DNA from: an uncultured Bacteroidota bacterium
GTDB lineage: Bacteria; Bacteroidota; Bacteroidia; Chitinophagales; Chitinophagaceae
Assembly (NCBI GenBank): GCA_903929195.1
Contig: CAIYTT010000014.1
Span: 245-64,244, forward strand
Direction: 5' to 3'
Length of the DNA: 64,000 bases
Positions 36,964 to 46,926 of this stretch are shown here, piece by piece. Position numbers and translations under genes: made by a program. Every line of letters begins with the position of its first letter. Position 1 is the stretch's first letter. Under the pieces are notes generated by a model. It was not told the origin of the DNA. It did no database searches and saw only the letters and a list, made by a program, of their open reading frames with translations.

Positions 36964-38317
36964 CTACGCTAAAATAGATTACCAAACCGGTTACGTCTAC
37001 CAATGTTGCTACAAATGGTGCAGAGGCGGCAGCAGGGTCTAATTTAAGTCGTTTTAATATAATAGGTATCATAGAGCCGGTAAGTGTACCCCACAAAACA
37101 ATACCTATGAGCGATAAGGATACGGTAAGGGCAACAAGCGGCCATGGGTGGTCGTGATGTTTATCATAATCGAACCAGCCTACTTTTTGCCAAATAGCAA
37201 TACGAATAAACCCTATTGCTCCTAAAATTAAGCCAAGAGTAAGTCCCGAAAATATTTCCCTTCGCATTACATACCACCAGTCTTTTGGCGACAATTCTTT
37301 AAGTGCCATAGCCCTAATAATTAAGGTTGCTGCCTGCGACCCACTATTACCACCACTTGACATAATAAGCGGTATAAACATGGTTAATACCACTAAACTC
37401 TCTAATTTGCCTTCATATACTTGCATAGCGGTGGCTGTAAGCATTTCACTTAAAAATAGTATGATAAGCCAGCCTGCGCGTTTTTGTATCATCGTAAAGA
37501 AACGCGTTTTTACGTAGGGTAAATCTAAAGATTCCAAGCCCCCGAACTGTTGCATTTCTTTTGTATCTTTCTCTTCAGCTTCATCAATTACATCATCTAT
37601 GGTTACAACACCCAATAAAATATTGTTACTGTTTGTTACCGGTAATGCAACTCTGTCATATTCTTTAAATTTCTGTATTGCACTGTCTATACCGTCTTGT
37701 ATGTCTAATTTCACATAAAATCCATCCATTATATCATGTATGGTTTTAGATTGTTCGTTCAGTACAAGTCTTCTAATAGGTATATCATCTATTAATTTGC
37801 CATTGTTATCTACAACAAAAATAACATTGGCGGCTGGGGTATCGGTATAAAAACGGCGCAGGTGTTCTATAGCTTGTGCAATAGTCCATTCTTTGCGTAC
37901 GGTTGTAAAATTAGTATTAATAAGCCTTGCAACACTTTGTTCGGGATAGCCAAGTAAATCATACGTTGCTAATCTGTTTTTATCATTTAACAGGTTCAAG
38001 TATTCTGTTATTTCAAGACCATCTATGGTATCAAAAAAAGCTATTCTGTCATTAGATTCAAGTGCATTTAATATATTTGATACCTGAGGTTTTGGAATCT
38101 CCTCTAATACACCTTTTTGCATTTCATGGTCTAAAAAAGGGAATATTTTTATTTGAATACTTTCGGGCAAAGCAAGAAAAGCATGTAAAGCGTATTCTTT
38201 AGGCAGTGATTCCAATAATTTAGATACCTCTGCCGGATAGTCTTCATCCTTGCTGTGGTGCAATAGTTCGCTGAGGTCTCCCTCCAGAATTTTTTCTCTT
38301 ATGTTCTGAACCAGCAT
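36941..38317 (-). CDS. mgtE: magnesium transporter MgtE
   Basis: N-terminal MgtE_N, tandem CBS and a 5-TM C-terminus with 'SSGGNSGSQAATL' and 'DPAAASAPFVATLVDVTG'. Confidence 0.9.
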   Translation of the reverse strand: MLVQNIREKILEGDLSELLHHSKDEDYPAEVSKLLESLPKEYALHAFLALPESIQIKIFPFLDHEMQKGVLEEIPKPQVSNILNALESNDRIAFFDTIDGLEITEYLNLLNDKNRLATYDLLGYPEQSVARLINTNFTTVRKEWTIAQAIEHLRRFYTDTPAANVIFVVDNNGKLIDDIPIRRLVLNEQSKTIHDIMDGFYVKLDIQDGIDSAIQKFKEYDRVALPVTNSNNILLGVVTIDDVIDEAEEKDTKEMQQFGGLESLDLPYVKTRFFTMIQKRAGWLIILFLSEMLTATAMQVYEGKLESLVVLTMFIPLIMSSGGNSGSQAATLIIRAMALKELSPKDWWYVMRREIFSGLTLGLILGAIGFIRIAIWQKVGWFDYDKHHDHPWPLVALTVSLSLIGIVLWGTLTGSMIPIILKRLKLDPAAASAPFVATLVDVTGLVIYFSVATMVLHI

Positions 38318-38726
38318 CTCCCATAACTTGTTTTATTGAATTAAAAAATGATAAGAACAGAATATAAATATCTATTCTTAAAATGAACCTGTTTTCTTAA
38401 AAACAAGCAAATTTACCTTTATTTCTTTTCTTTTTGCATTAAAAATTTAATAAAGTTATCTTTTATTTATTACTATCTTTAAGTTTCTTAATTTGGAAAA
38501 AAATATCTGAAATTCCCTAAATAATTAGCACCATAGTTTTTATTATAAAGCACTATAATAATAGAAAGTTGGCAGAGACATACATTAACAACAAAATGAA
38601 TATTAAGACAAAAACATAAAAAAACATAGCAATTTTTGCTTTGAATAAATTATATTGACTAATTTGCATTACTAAATTAAAAATTATCACAGTTTTTATT
38701 ACTTTTACTCCGAAGAAATTTTTTTT

Positions 38727-39179
38727 ATGATAAAAACTATGCTCAGAACTATTCTTCTGGTATGCTTATTCGCAATGCCTTTTAGTGTTAACGCACAAAG
38801 CTCTAATATTAATAGGGCCGATCTACTTGATAAAAAGTGGTATTTTATAGCAATGAAATGCCCTGATAATCTTAACAACGGTACCGATGGTGAGTTTATT
38901 CACTATTATTCTTCTTTACAACTTACTGCGTCAAACGGTAATAATGTAAATTACGGTACTTATGTAAGGGTTTATAAAGATATGCGTGATAACCCAAGAG
39001 AAACAGGAACCTATTCCATTACTACCGATGAAGTAGGAAATTTATTACTTACCCTTAAGAGAGCTAAAACAAACGTTATAGTACAGTATTTGGTGCCTAT
39101 GGTTGAAACAAATCACCTTACATTAATAAGGACAGATGAAAGTGAAAAATGTAAAGTAATTTACGCAATTTCGCTTTAG
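38727..39179 (+). CDS. hypothetical secreted protein
   Basis: The signal peptide ends '..SVNAQ'. 150 aa. A strong terminator follows. I recognise no family. Confidence 0.45.
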   Translation: MIKTMLRTILLVCLFAMPFSVNAQSSNINRADLLDKKWYFIAMKCPDNLNNGTDGEFIHYYSSLQLTASNGNNVNYGTYVRVYKDMRDNPRETGTYSITTDEVGNLLLTLKRAKTNVIVQYLVPMVETNHLTLIRTDESEKCKVIYAISL

Positions 39180-39206
39180 TAAATCATTGCAAATAGAAAG
39201 TGCTAC

Positions 39207-39255
39207 ATAAAAATCATAAGGAACATATAATATTTATGTTCCTTATGATTTTTAT
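39207..39255 (+). terminator. rho-independent terminator
   Basis: 21-bp perfect stem ATAAAAATCATAAGGAACATA / TATGTTCCTTATGATTTTTAT with a 7-nt loop. Confidence 0.7.
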
Positions 39256-39573
39256 ATTATACCCACGATTATAAAAAAGATACCAAATTAGCCCAAGAGC
39301 AATACCAATCAAACATTAAAAAATTAGGATGAAATATTATATCTACTAATCTTAATGGGGCTTTATTTTATAGTATTGGGAAGCCTCCATTTTTATATAA
39401 ATTTTCTATCTGTTGCTATACATTGGGCATCACCCAAATATCATTTCCTTTGGTATTGCTTGTAGATTTGCTTTTTCGTTTATTGAAAAATGAATATACA
39501 ACTTTTTTTGCTAATTTACAAATATTATATACAATTCAATTGTGTACTTTAGCAATAATGAACATGCTATTTT

Positions 39574-40950
39574 CTATATTAGCTTTCTACCTCTTTTTGC
39601 AAATGCAATATATCCACCCATATAAATATTTAACCCATGGGCACTCATTCCGGCTAATCCAAGGCAATCATCACTACCTACATATAGGTTTTTAATCCGT
39701 AATCCTATACCAACTTTTACATCATTTGCAAGCATACTGTATGTAATGGGTAGCCCTATACAAAAATTGGGTCTATCAACTCTGGGTGTTATTGTTAATT
39801 GGCTGAAATAAGAATTCCCAAAATTCTGCACATTTGCCATATTAGCAAGGAAAGTTGTGTTTATTAAAAAACTTTTAATAATTCTAAAATCACCACTTAA
39901 AATTAAAGCTGTAGGTAAATAAACAGAAGTAGCACCCGACGACGTATCTACAGTAAAACCTCTTGTTAATACATAATTTTTAAAACTGGTATAATTATTG
40001 GCATTGGCACTAAGCCCGGAACCTGTAACTGTGCCACTACCCGATACACTTACTTTAGAATTGGTACCTGCCGGATAGGTAATAGCACCAATATCAGTAA
40101 CAGATGCCGATAATTTATACTTATATTTATTATTTGAACCTAAGTGGTCCCATCTATAATCATAATTTTCGCCTCTGTACATATAGACAATGCCAAAATC
40201 AGCACCAAATCCCGAGCCCATATTAGCACCAAATAAATCGCCAAATACATTAGAACCTGTAGAACCAACTGCATTAGATGCTGCAATAATATTGCTTGCA
40301 TATTCTACATCAGTATTTGTAGCAGAAAATGAATCAGAACCATTATAAAATGTAGCGTTAATATTATTCCCTTTAAGACTAAAATACACTGCCCCACCTA
40401 AATATTTTAAAGTTACACCTGCTTTCAATTCGCTTTTTATGTTATCGTACAAAACTGTTGCATAAGATATTCCCATCTCTTCCCATACATGTGTTGTGGT
40501 ATTGAAATTTTGTGCTGCAACAAAAGGATTTCCTGATAAAGCATAACTGGAATTAGAAGATGCGTCATAAAGATTGGCATTAAAATTTTTAAACTCTATC
40601 ATAGCACGTAGGCGAGCAGAAAATGCGATACTATGTTTATCGCCTATGCTCACCATAAAACTTAAAGGCATGTGTAGGTCGTAGGCAATAATTGTATTTA
40701 AAGCGTTTGCTCCGGAATAATTAAACGACCCGCCACCACTTAAATTAAAAGTACCTATGTTATTATCAAAGCCCAAATTAGCACTGCCTAAGTCCATTGC
40801 AAATTTGTAAGGACAATCGGCAATATTGGCTGGGTTCAAAAACAAGCCGTTAAGTCCGCACCAATTACTTGTAGAAACCCCAAAATCATGCTGTGCAAAT
40901 AAATTGCTTTGTATAAATAATAGTATAACTAAAGCGAAAATTTTTTTCAT
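39574..40950 (-). CDS. putative outer-membrane beta-barrel protein (DUF5723-like)
   Basis: Signal peptide 'LFIQSNLFAQ'. Gly/Ser/Asn/Tyr-rich alternating amphipathic strands throughout. The family name is a recollection, not a search result. Confidence 0.5.
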   Translation of the reverse strand: MKKIFALVILLFIQSNLFAQHDFGVSTSNWCGLNGLFLNPANIADCPYKFAMDLGSANLGFDNNIGTFNLSGGGSFNYSGANALNTIIAYDLHMPLSFMVSIGDKHSIAFSARLRAMIEFKNFNANLYDASSNSSYALSGNPFVAAQNFNTTTHVWEEMGISYATVLYDNIKSELKAGVTLKYLGGAVYFSLKGNNINATFYNGSDSFSATNTDVEYASNIIAASNAVGSTGSNVFGDLFGANMGSGFGADFGIVYMYRGENYDYRWDHLGSNNKYKYKLSASVTDIGAITYPAGTNSKVSVSGSGTVTGSGLSANANNYTSFKNYVLTRGFTVDTSSGATSVYLPTALILSGDFRIIKSFLINTTFLANMANVQNFGNSYFSQLTITPRVDRPNFCIGLPITYSMLANDVKVGIGLRIKNLYVGSDDCLGLAGMSAHGLNIYMGGYIAFAKRGRKLI

Positions 40951-41109
40951 AAATAGCCCAATTGGTATATTACTTGCAATGATAATAATTTTTAACGGTA
41001 TTACTTTATATGAAATACTACTTTTTTAAAATTGGTATTTTTTTTTGATTTTTATCAAATAAAAAAAATATTATTTATTTATTTAGAGTTAATAAATTTA
41101 TGCTTGAAA

Positions 41110-41841
41110 TTATTTATAGTAAGAATTCAGTTCTCTTTTATATAATTGTACTGCATTTTCTAGCCCGAAGTATAGTGCATCGCAAATTAAAGCATGACCA
41201 ATAGATACCTCTAATAAATAAGGTATAGATTGATGAAAATATCTTAGATTTTCTAAATCAAGGTCGTGTCCGGCATTTATTCCCAAACCCTTAGCCTCTG
41301 CTATTCTTGCTGTTTTTATATAGTCTGCTATTGCTTTTTCTCTATTTTTAATATAGGTTTTGGCATAGTATTCCGTATATAGTTCTATTCTATCTGTACC
41401 GGTATCTGCCGCTGCTGCTGCCATTTCTTCTACCGGGTCTATAAAAATGGAAACCCGAATACCCGCATTTTTAAATAGTTCAATCGTTTTTTTTAAATAG
41501 TCTTTTTCTTTTATTGTATTCCATCCGTGGTTAGATGTTAGCTGCCCTATGGCATCGGGTACAAGTGTAACCTGTGCAGGCATTACTTCTAATACCAACG
41601 CTACAAATTTTTCTTCTGTTGGGTTACCTTCAATATTAAATTCGGTAGTAATTATTTTGCTTATTTCGCGTACATCGTTATAGGTAATATGTCTTTCGTC
41701 TGGTCTTGGGTGTACAGTAATGCCATCTGCACCAAATTTTTGGCAATCTATTGCCGCTTTTATTACATCAGGATTGTTGCCGCCTCTGCTGTTTCTAAGC
41801 GTAGCTATTTTATTTATATTTACAGAAAGTTTTGTACCCAT
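41110..41841 (-). CDS. pdxJ: pyridoxine 5'-phosphate synthase
   Basis: 'LSVNINKIATLRNSRGG', 'ITVHPRPDERHI', 'NIEGNP' and 'GINAGHDL' are PdxJ motifs. Confidence 0.9.
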   Translation of the reverse strand: MGTKLSVNINKIATLRNSRGGNNPDVIKAAIDCQKFGADGITVHPRPDERHITYNDVREISKIITTEFNIEGNPTEEKFVALVLEVMPAQVTLVPDAIGQLTSNHGWNTIKEKDYLKKTIELFKNAGIRVSIFIDPVEEMAAAAADTGTDRIELYTEYYAKTYIKNREKAIADYIKTARIAEAKGLGINAGHDLDLENLRYFHQSIPYLLEVSIGHALICDALYFGLENAVQLYKRELNSYYK

Positions 41842-42045
41842 ATATAAATTTAGCTCAAAAGTAGTTCAATATATTTAATATCTATACTTATATAGGTTAC
41901 TATAATATAAATAAATAGACCCTTCCAAAAATGCATTATATTAATTTTATGTGTATTATTTTTGTTCTATTAAAAATTAGTTACCATTAATTACTTTTTT
42001 GTATCTACAAAATATATCTTGCAATTTAATGCAACGTAATAAGCC

Positions 42046-42053
42046 TATCTTTG
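42046..42053 (+). promoter_or_regulatory. candidate -7 box (TATCTTTG)
   Basis: Matches TAnnTTTG 17 nt upstream of the ATG at 42070. Confidence 0.3.
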
Positions 42054-42069
42054 TTGTAACAGATATCAC

Positions 42070-43140
42070 ATGATAATAGCAAACCCTATATCCGACCTTG
42101 TTTTTAAGTGGTTGATGAGTAATGACCGTATAGCCCGCTTTTTTTTGGAAACCCTTTTGGAACAAGAAATTGTAGATGTGCAGTTAAAGCCGCAAGAACT
42201 ATCTTATTTTAATAAAGAAGACGACGTAAGTCTTTCGGCTGCATTAACCGTAATGCGTCTTGATTTTGTAGCAACAATAAAAACAGCAAGCGGAGAACAT
42301 AAAAAAGTATTAATAGAAATACAAAAAGCAAGAAACACGGTAGATATAATGCGTTTCCGCAAATATTTGGCAGAGCATTATAAACAAGAAGATGTAATTG
42401 AAACCGATAAAGGCAAACAAAATGTTGCATTGCCCATTATTACCATTTATTTACTTGGTTTTAAACTACAAAATGTAGATACCCCGGCATTAAAAGTAGC
42501 ACTTAAATATATTAATCAGGTAACCCATGAAGTAATGGATATAAAAAGTGACTTGATAGAAAAGCTGACTCATGAAAGTTATATTGTACAGATACCGCGA
42601 ATAGAATCCAAATTAAACAGTAGGCTGGAACAATTACTTAGTTTTTTTGAACAGAATCATTTTACAGATTCTTCCGGCTTAGTAAAAGAGTACCCTTACC
42701 CATTAGAAACGGATTTAATGAAACTGATAGCAGATGAGTTACATTATTTAGGAACCGACCCCAAGAAACAACAATATCTTGAAACAGAAAGGGAAGCTAT
42801 GCGTGTATATAAGCACGAATTATTTGAAATAGAATTGGAAGTAGAGGAAAACAAAAAAGCAATAGAAGAAAACAAAAAAGTATTAGAAGAAAACAAAAAA
42901 GTATTAGAAGAAAACAAGAAAGCAATAGAAGAAAAAGAAAGAATATTAGAAGAAAATAAGAAAGTATTAGAAGAAAATAAAAAGGTAATAGATGAAATGG
43001 ATAAAGAATTAGAAGAAAAGGATAAAGTATTAGATGAAAACAAGAAGGTAATAGATGAAATGGACAAAGAATTAGAAGAAAAGAATACAGCTTTACAAGA
43101 AGCATTATATATGATAGAATTATTACAGAAAAAGCAATAA
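42070..43140 (+). CDS. PD-(D/E)XK nuclease family (Rpn/transposase-like) protein with a heptad-repeat coiled-coil tail
   Basis: The N-terminus 'NPISDLVFKWLMSN..IARFFLETLL' and 'RLDFVATIKT..GEHKKVLIEIQKA' (D...ExQ/K) are typical of Bacteroidota PD-(D/E)XK_2 proteins. The C-terminus is 12 ENKKVLE-type heptads. Confidence 0.6.
   Translation: MIIANPISDLVFKWLMSNDRIARFFLETLLEQEIVDVQLKPQELSYFNKEDDVSLSAALTVMRLDFVATIKTASGEHKKVLIEIQKARNTVDIMRFRKYLAEHYKQEDVIETDKGKQNVALPIITIYLLGFKLQNVDTPALKVALKYINQVTHEVMDIKSDLIEKLTHESYIVQIPRIESKLNSRLEQLLSFFEQNHFTDSSGLVKEYPYPLETDLMKLIADELHYLGTDPKKQQYLETEREAMRVYKHELFEIELEVEENKKAIEENKKVLEENKKVLEENKKAIEEKERILEENKKVLEENKKVIDEMDKELEEKDKVLDENKKVIDEMDKELEEKNTALQEALYMIELLQKKQ
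42847..43098 (+). repeat. 12 tandem 21-bp units (gaaaacaaaaaagtattagaa consensus) encoding heptads
   Basis: Direct reading. Units start at 42847, 42868, 42889 and so on to 43078. Units 2 and 3 are identical. Confidence 0.9.
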
Positions 43141-43257
43141 GCTATTAATTAATTATTCTTTTTTCTAAAAACTACCTAATATTTGAAAAAAAAGTTGCTC
43201 AATAATTCGTAATATTGTAAAGACTAAAAGTGATTTGATTTTTTAAAAAATAGATGT

Positions 43258-44619
43258 ATGACAAATAGATTATTTACGAAATCTTTTTTTGTATTGTTTT
43301 TTATCATTTTCAGTACTTTACTTTGTAATGCACAAAGCATTATTACTACCATAGCAGGTAATGGTATTACACAGTATATAGGAGATGGCTATCCGGCTAC
43401 AAATTTTTCGTTAGCGCAGCCTTATGGTCTATGCGAAGATAAAAGCGGGAATATTTTTGTAGCAGATTTTGCAGACCACAGAATACGTAGAATTAATAAC
43501 CAAGATACATTATTTACTTTTTGTGGCATAGGTACATCCGGTTATTCTGGCGACGGTGGTTTAATTGATACTGCAACAATTCGAAACCCGTCGGGTGTCT
43601 GTATAGATACTGCCGGCAATCTTTATATTACAGAATGGTATAATAATGTGTTAAGAAAAGTAGATAAAACAACACATATTGTTACAACAGTTTGCGGTAC
43701 AAGTGCCTATGGTTTTTCGGGCGATAATGGCCCTGCTACCAATGCTCATTTGGCTAATCCGTATGCATCTTGTATTGATAATGAAGGAAATATCTATATT
43801 CCGGATGCCGGTAATAACAGAATACGTAAAGTTAATATGCTTACCGGCACCATAACAACAGTAGCAGGAACAGGTGTTATGGGTTATTCGGGAGATAATA
43901 TTCAAGCTACAAATGCAAAATTAGCGAACCCTATGGGTGTTTGTTTAGATAGTTTAGGTAATATATACATAGCTGATAATGGCAATCACCGCATACGTAA
44001 AGTTGATGCACTTACCGGCATTATTACTACCATTGCCGGTAATGGGGTGCAAGGTTATTTTGGTGATGGTGGTTTGGCTATCAATTCCCAAATAGCACAA
44101 CCGAATGCAATAGCTGCCGACAGATTCGGGAATATTTATTTCTCTGACTTCGGGAATAATGTAATTAGAACAATTTATACTAATGGGGCAATAAAAACAA
44201 TTGCCGGAAATGGTCATTTTGGTTTTAGTGGTGATAATGGCCCTGCCACAAATGCTACTTTTAATGGAGCAACAGGTATTTTTGTAAACGATTCAGGTTT
44301 TATTTATATTGCTGATGGGGGTAATTCTGCTATTAGGAAAGTAACACCCTTAAATTTAGGTATTAAGGTAGAAAATACCAACGAAAACAGTATTCAAATT
44401 TATCCTAATCCTACACATGGCACAATTACATTCAACATAAGTAATATGTCTGAATTGCAATTTTGTGATGTAGTAAATCCTATTGGGCAAATCATTTATT
44501 CTGCAAAAATTGCTACAGGTAATATTGTAATTAATTTATCTGCTTACAGTTCCGGCATCTACTTTATTCATTTATATGGGCAAAAGGAATACATGCATAA
44601 AATAGTATTATTAAAATAG
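43258..44619 (+). CDS. NHL/SBBP-type beta-propeller repeat protein with a T9SS type A CTD
   Basis: About 6 repeats of 'G..G.sGDgG.A..A.l..P.gv..D..GNiYIAD.gNhrIRKV'. The CTD reads 'IQIYPNPTHGTITF...GIYFIHL'. Confidence 0.7.
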   Translation: MTNRLFTKSFFVLFFIIFSTLLCNAQSIITTIAGNGITQYIGDGYPATNFSLAQPYGLCEDKSGNIFVADFADHRIRRINNQDTLFTFCGIGTSGYSGDGGLIDTATIRNPSGVCIDTAGNLYITEWYNNVLRKVDKTTHIVTTVCGTSAYGFSGDNGPATNAHLANPYASCIDNEGNIYIPDAGNNRIRKVNMLTGTITTVAGTGVMGYSGDNIQATNAKLANPMGVCLDSLGNIYIADNGNHRIRKVDALTGIITTIAGNGVQGYFGDGGLAINSQIAQPNAIAADRFGNIYFSDFGNNVIRTIYTNGAIKTIAGNGHFGFSGDNGPATNATFNGATGIFVNDSGFIYIADGGNSAIRKVTPLNLGIKVENTNENSIQIYPNPTHGTITFNISNMSELQFCDVVNPIGQIIYSAKIATGNIVINLSAYSSGIYFIHLYGQKEYMHKIVLLK

Positions 44620-44752
44620 TAGATTGAGTAAATTACAACATTATTTTTCTGATAACTTTTTCTATTTTAAGCACTTTTACTTCATGTGCCTTTTTTAGGT
44701 ACTCATCTTATCAGGATATTTACTTACTTTTACTTTACAAAAATTACCGGAA

Positions 44753-46228
44753 ATGCTACATAAAACAAAAATTATTGCAACTGTTGGGCCTGCTTGCAAT
44801 ACGTACGACAAACTTTTAGCTTTAGTAAATGAGGGGGTTAATGTTTTTAGACTTAATTTTTCGCATGGTACACATGAACAACATTTACAAGTTATACAAC
44901 ACATAAAGAAAATAAATACAACTCACAATTCCAATATTGCAATACTCACTGATTTACAAGGTCCTAAATTGAGAGTAGGTGAAATAAAAAACGGGGCATT
45001 AGATTTAAATAAAGGGGATGAGTTTTTCTTTACGAATATAAAATGCGAAGGCACATTAGAAAACATATACATCTCCTACCCCAATTTTCATAACGATGTA
45101 AGGGTAGGCGAAAAGATATTGCTTGATGACGGAAAAATTGAAGTGTTGGTAAAGCAAATAGAACCCGACAATAGGGTTAAAGTTGAAGTATTGACAACCG
45201 GTACTTTGCTATCAAAGAAAGGTGTTAATTTGCCGGATACTGCTATTTCATTACCATCATTATCAGAAAAAGACTTAAACGACCTTGATTTTATTATTAG
45301 TCAGGATATTGATTGGGTTGCATTATCGTTTGTTCGTACCCCAAAAGATGTTACTGATTTACGTGAAATATTGAAAAGGAAACACAGCCGTGCTAAAATT
45401 GTTTCAAAAATTGAAAAACCGGAAGCCTTAAAACATTTACGTGAAATTATATTGGCTTCGGATGCCGTAATGGTTGCCCGTGGCGATTTGGGTGTAGAAT
45501 TACCTTTAGAACAAGTACCTATGATACAACGCACTATTGTTAGTAAATGTATTCATAGAGCCAAGCCTGTTATTATAGCTACCCAAATGATGGAGAGTAT
45601 GATAGACAGAACAAGACCTAACAGGAGTGAAATTACAGACGTTGCAAATGCAGTATTAGAAGGTGCTGATGCAGTTATGCTTAGTGGTGAAACCGCTATG
45701 GGGCAATACCCCGAACTTGTTGTACGCACAATGGTAAGCATTATTAATGAAGTAGAAAAAGAGGAAATTGTTTATAATAGAAATTTAGTACCTCAACCAC
45801 ATTCACCTTCTTTTTTAAGTGATGCCTTATGTTATAATGCTTGCGAAATAGCAAAAAATGTGAAAGCAAATGCTTTAATAGGTATGACACAATCCGGCTA
45901 TACCGGTTTTATGTTGTCCAGTTTCAGACCTCAATCACCGTTATTCGTTTTTACTAAAACACAGACTTTAGTAAACCAGTTGAGTTTAAGCTGGGGTGTA
46001 AAAGCATTTTATTATGATAAGGAAGAAAGTATGGATGCTATTATAGCCGACCAAATTGAATTTCTTACAGAAAAAGGCTATTTAAAAGATGGAGATGTAG
46101 TTGTAAATACCGGCAGCACACCCGTAAAACAACATTTACCTACCAATATGATAAAAATATCTAAAGTGGGTAAACTACAACACGATGCAGATTTAGTTAA
46201 AAAATGGATGGGAGATGATTTTATTTGA
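44753..46228 (+). CDS. pyk: pyruvate kinase
   Basis: 'KTKIIATVGPA', 'NFSHG', 'DLQGPKLR', 'MVARGDLGVE' and 'TQMMESM' are canonical. Confidence 0.9.
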   Translation: MLHKTKIIATVGPACNTYDKLLALVNEGVNVFRLNFSHGTHEQHLQVIQHIKKINTTHNSNIAILTDLQGPKLRVGEIKNGALDLNKGDEFFFTNIKCEGTLENIYISYPNFHNDVRVGEKILLDDGKIEVLVKQIEPDNRVKVEVLTTGTLLSKKGVNLPDTAISLPSLSEKDLNDLDFIISQDIDWVALSFVRTPKDVTDLREILKRKHSRAKIVSKIEKPEALKHLREIILASDAVMVARGDLGVELPLEQVPMIQRTIVSKCIHRAKPVIIATQMMESMIDRTRPNRSEITDVANAVLEGADAVMLSGETAMGQYPELVVRTMVSIINEVEKEEIVYNRNLVPQPHSPSFLSDALCYNACEIAKNVKANALIGMTQSGYTGFMLSSFRPQSPLFVFTKTQTLVNQLSLSWGVKAFYYDKEESMDAIIADQIEFLTEKGYLKDGDVVVNTGSTPVKQHLPTNMIKISKVGKLQHDADLVKKWMGDDFI

Positions 46229-46267
46229 TGTGAAAAGAAAAATCAGTATTTTTATATAAACGATTTT

Positions 46268-46485
46268 ATGCAGACACAAAATAAATATGTGGTTATTGAC
46301 TAGGAAATTGCAGCCGGAATACCCGTTTTTAAGGGTACACGAGTAGCGGTTTATACACTACTTGATTATCTTGAAGACAGTTCTTTGGAAGATTTTTATT
46401 TGGTTTTCCCTCTGTAAGTAGGGAACAGGCAGAAGGCGTAATTGAAGAGGCTGCTTTCAAATTTTTAAAAGAAATCACAGCATGA
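46268..46485 (+). pseudogene. DUF433-type antitoxin remnant (in-frame TAG plus a frameshift)
   Basis: The translation 'MQTQNKYVVID*EIAAGIPVFKGTRVAVYTLLDYLEDSSLEDFYLVFP' continues in another frame as 'SVSREQAEGVIEEAAFKFLKEITA*'. 'G.P.FKGTR..V..L' is the DUF433 signature. Confidence 0.6.
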
Positions 46486-46640
46486 AAATTTTGCTTGATG
46501 AAAATATAGATATTAATTTAAAACCTATTTTCCTGTTGATAAATACGAAGTATATACCATACGTGATATGCATTGGATGAGTATTAATAATGGTGCATTA
46601 CTAAAATTATTAAAAATAGCTTAAATTTGTGGTTATGTAA
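46482..46640 (+). pseudogene. DUF5615 (PIN-like) toxin remnant, frameshifted and truncated
   Basis: ATGA overlap with the upstream remnant. 'MKILLDENIDINLKPIF' is followed, after a shift, by 'PVDKYEVYTIRDMHWMSINNGALLKLLKIA*', which matches the usual DUF5615 N-terminal half. Further decayed sequence runs to about 46790. Confidence 0.55.
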
Positions 46641-46926
46641 AAGATAAAAAGAATAAAGGTTTAAACTGATACAGAATTGATTGCTAAGTATGGGAATGAG
46701 AATCAGGAAAAACCATTTAATGAAATAATAAATATACTTTTGTTTGTTTGGAATATTAAAGTTCCAATAAGGAATAAAAGGCACTTATCTTTAAATGAGT
46801 AACTATTTAAAGAAAGTCTAAATAGCTATCATATTTATTGTTTTGTTTGTACATTCTACTATATCGTTACCCAAATATACTAGTTGGTGGTTCTTGTAAA
46901 ATTTAAATTTTAAAATCAAAACCGGT

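Noticed and set aside
39423-39695. 90-aa plus-strand ORF between the terminator and the beta-barrel gene
   Set aside because: It overlaps the 3' end of the convergent 458-aa gene, has no start context and has odd composition. It is probably spurious.
42744-43105. Two minus-strand ORFs (107 and 102 aa) over the 21-bp repeat array
   Set aside because: They are low-complexity Phe/Leu/Ser translations generated by reading the heptad repeats backwards.
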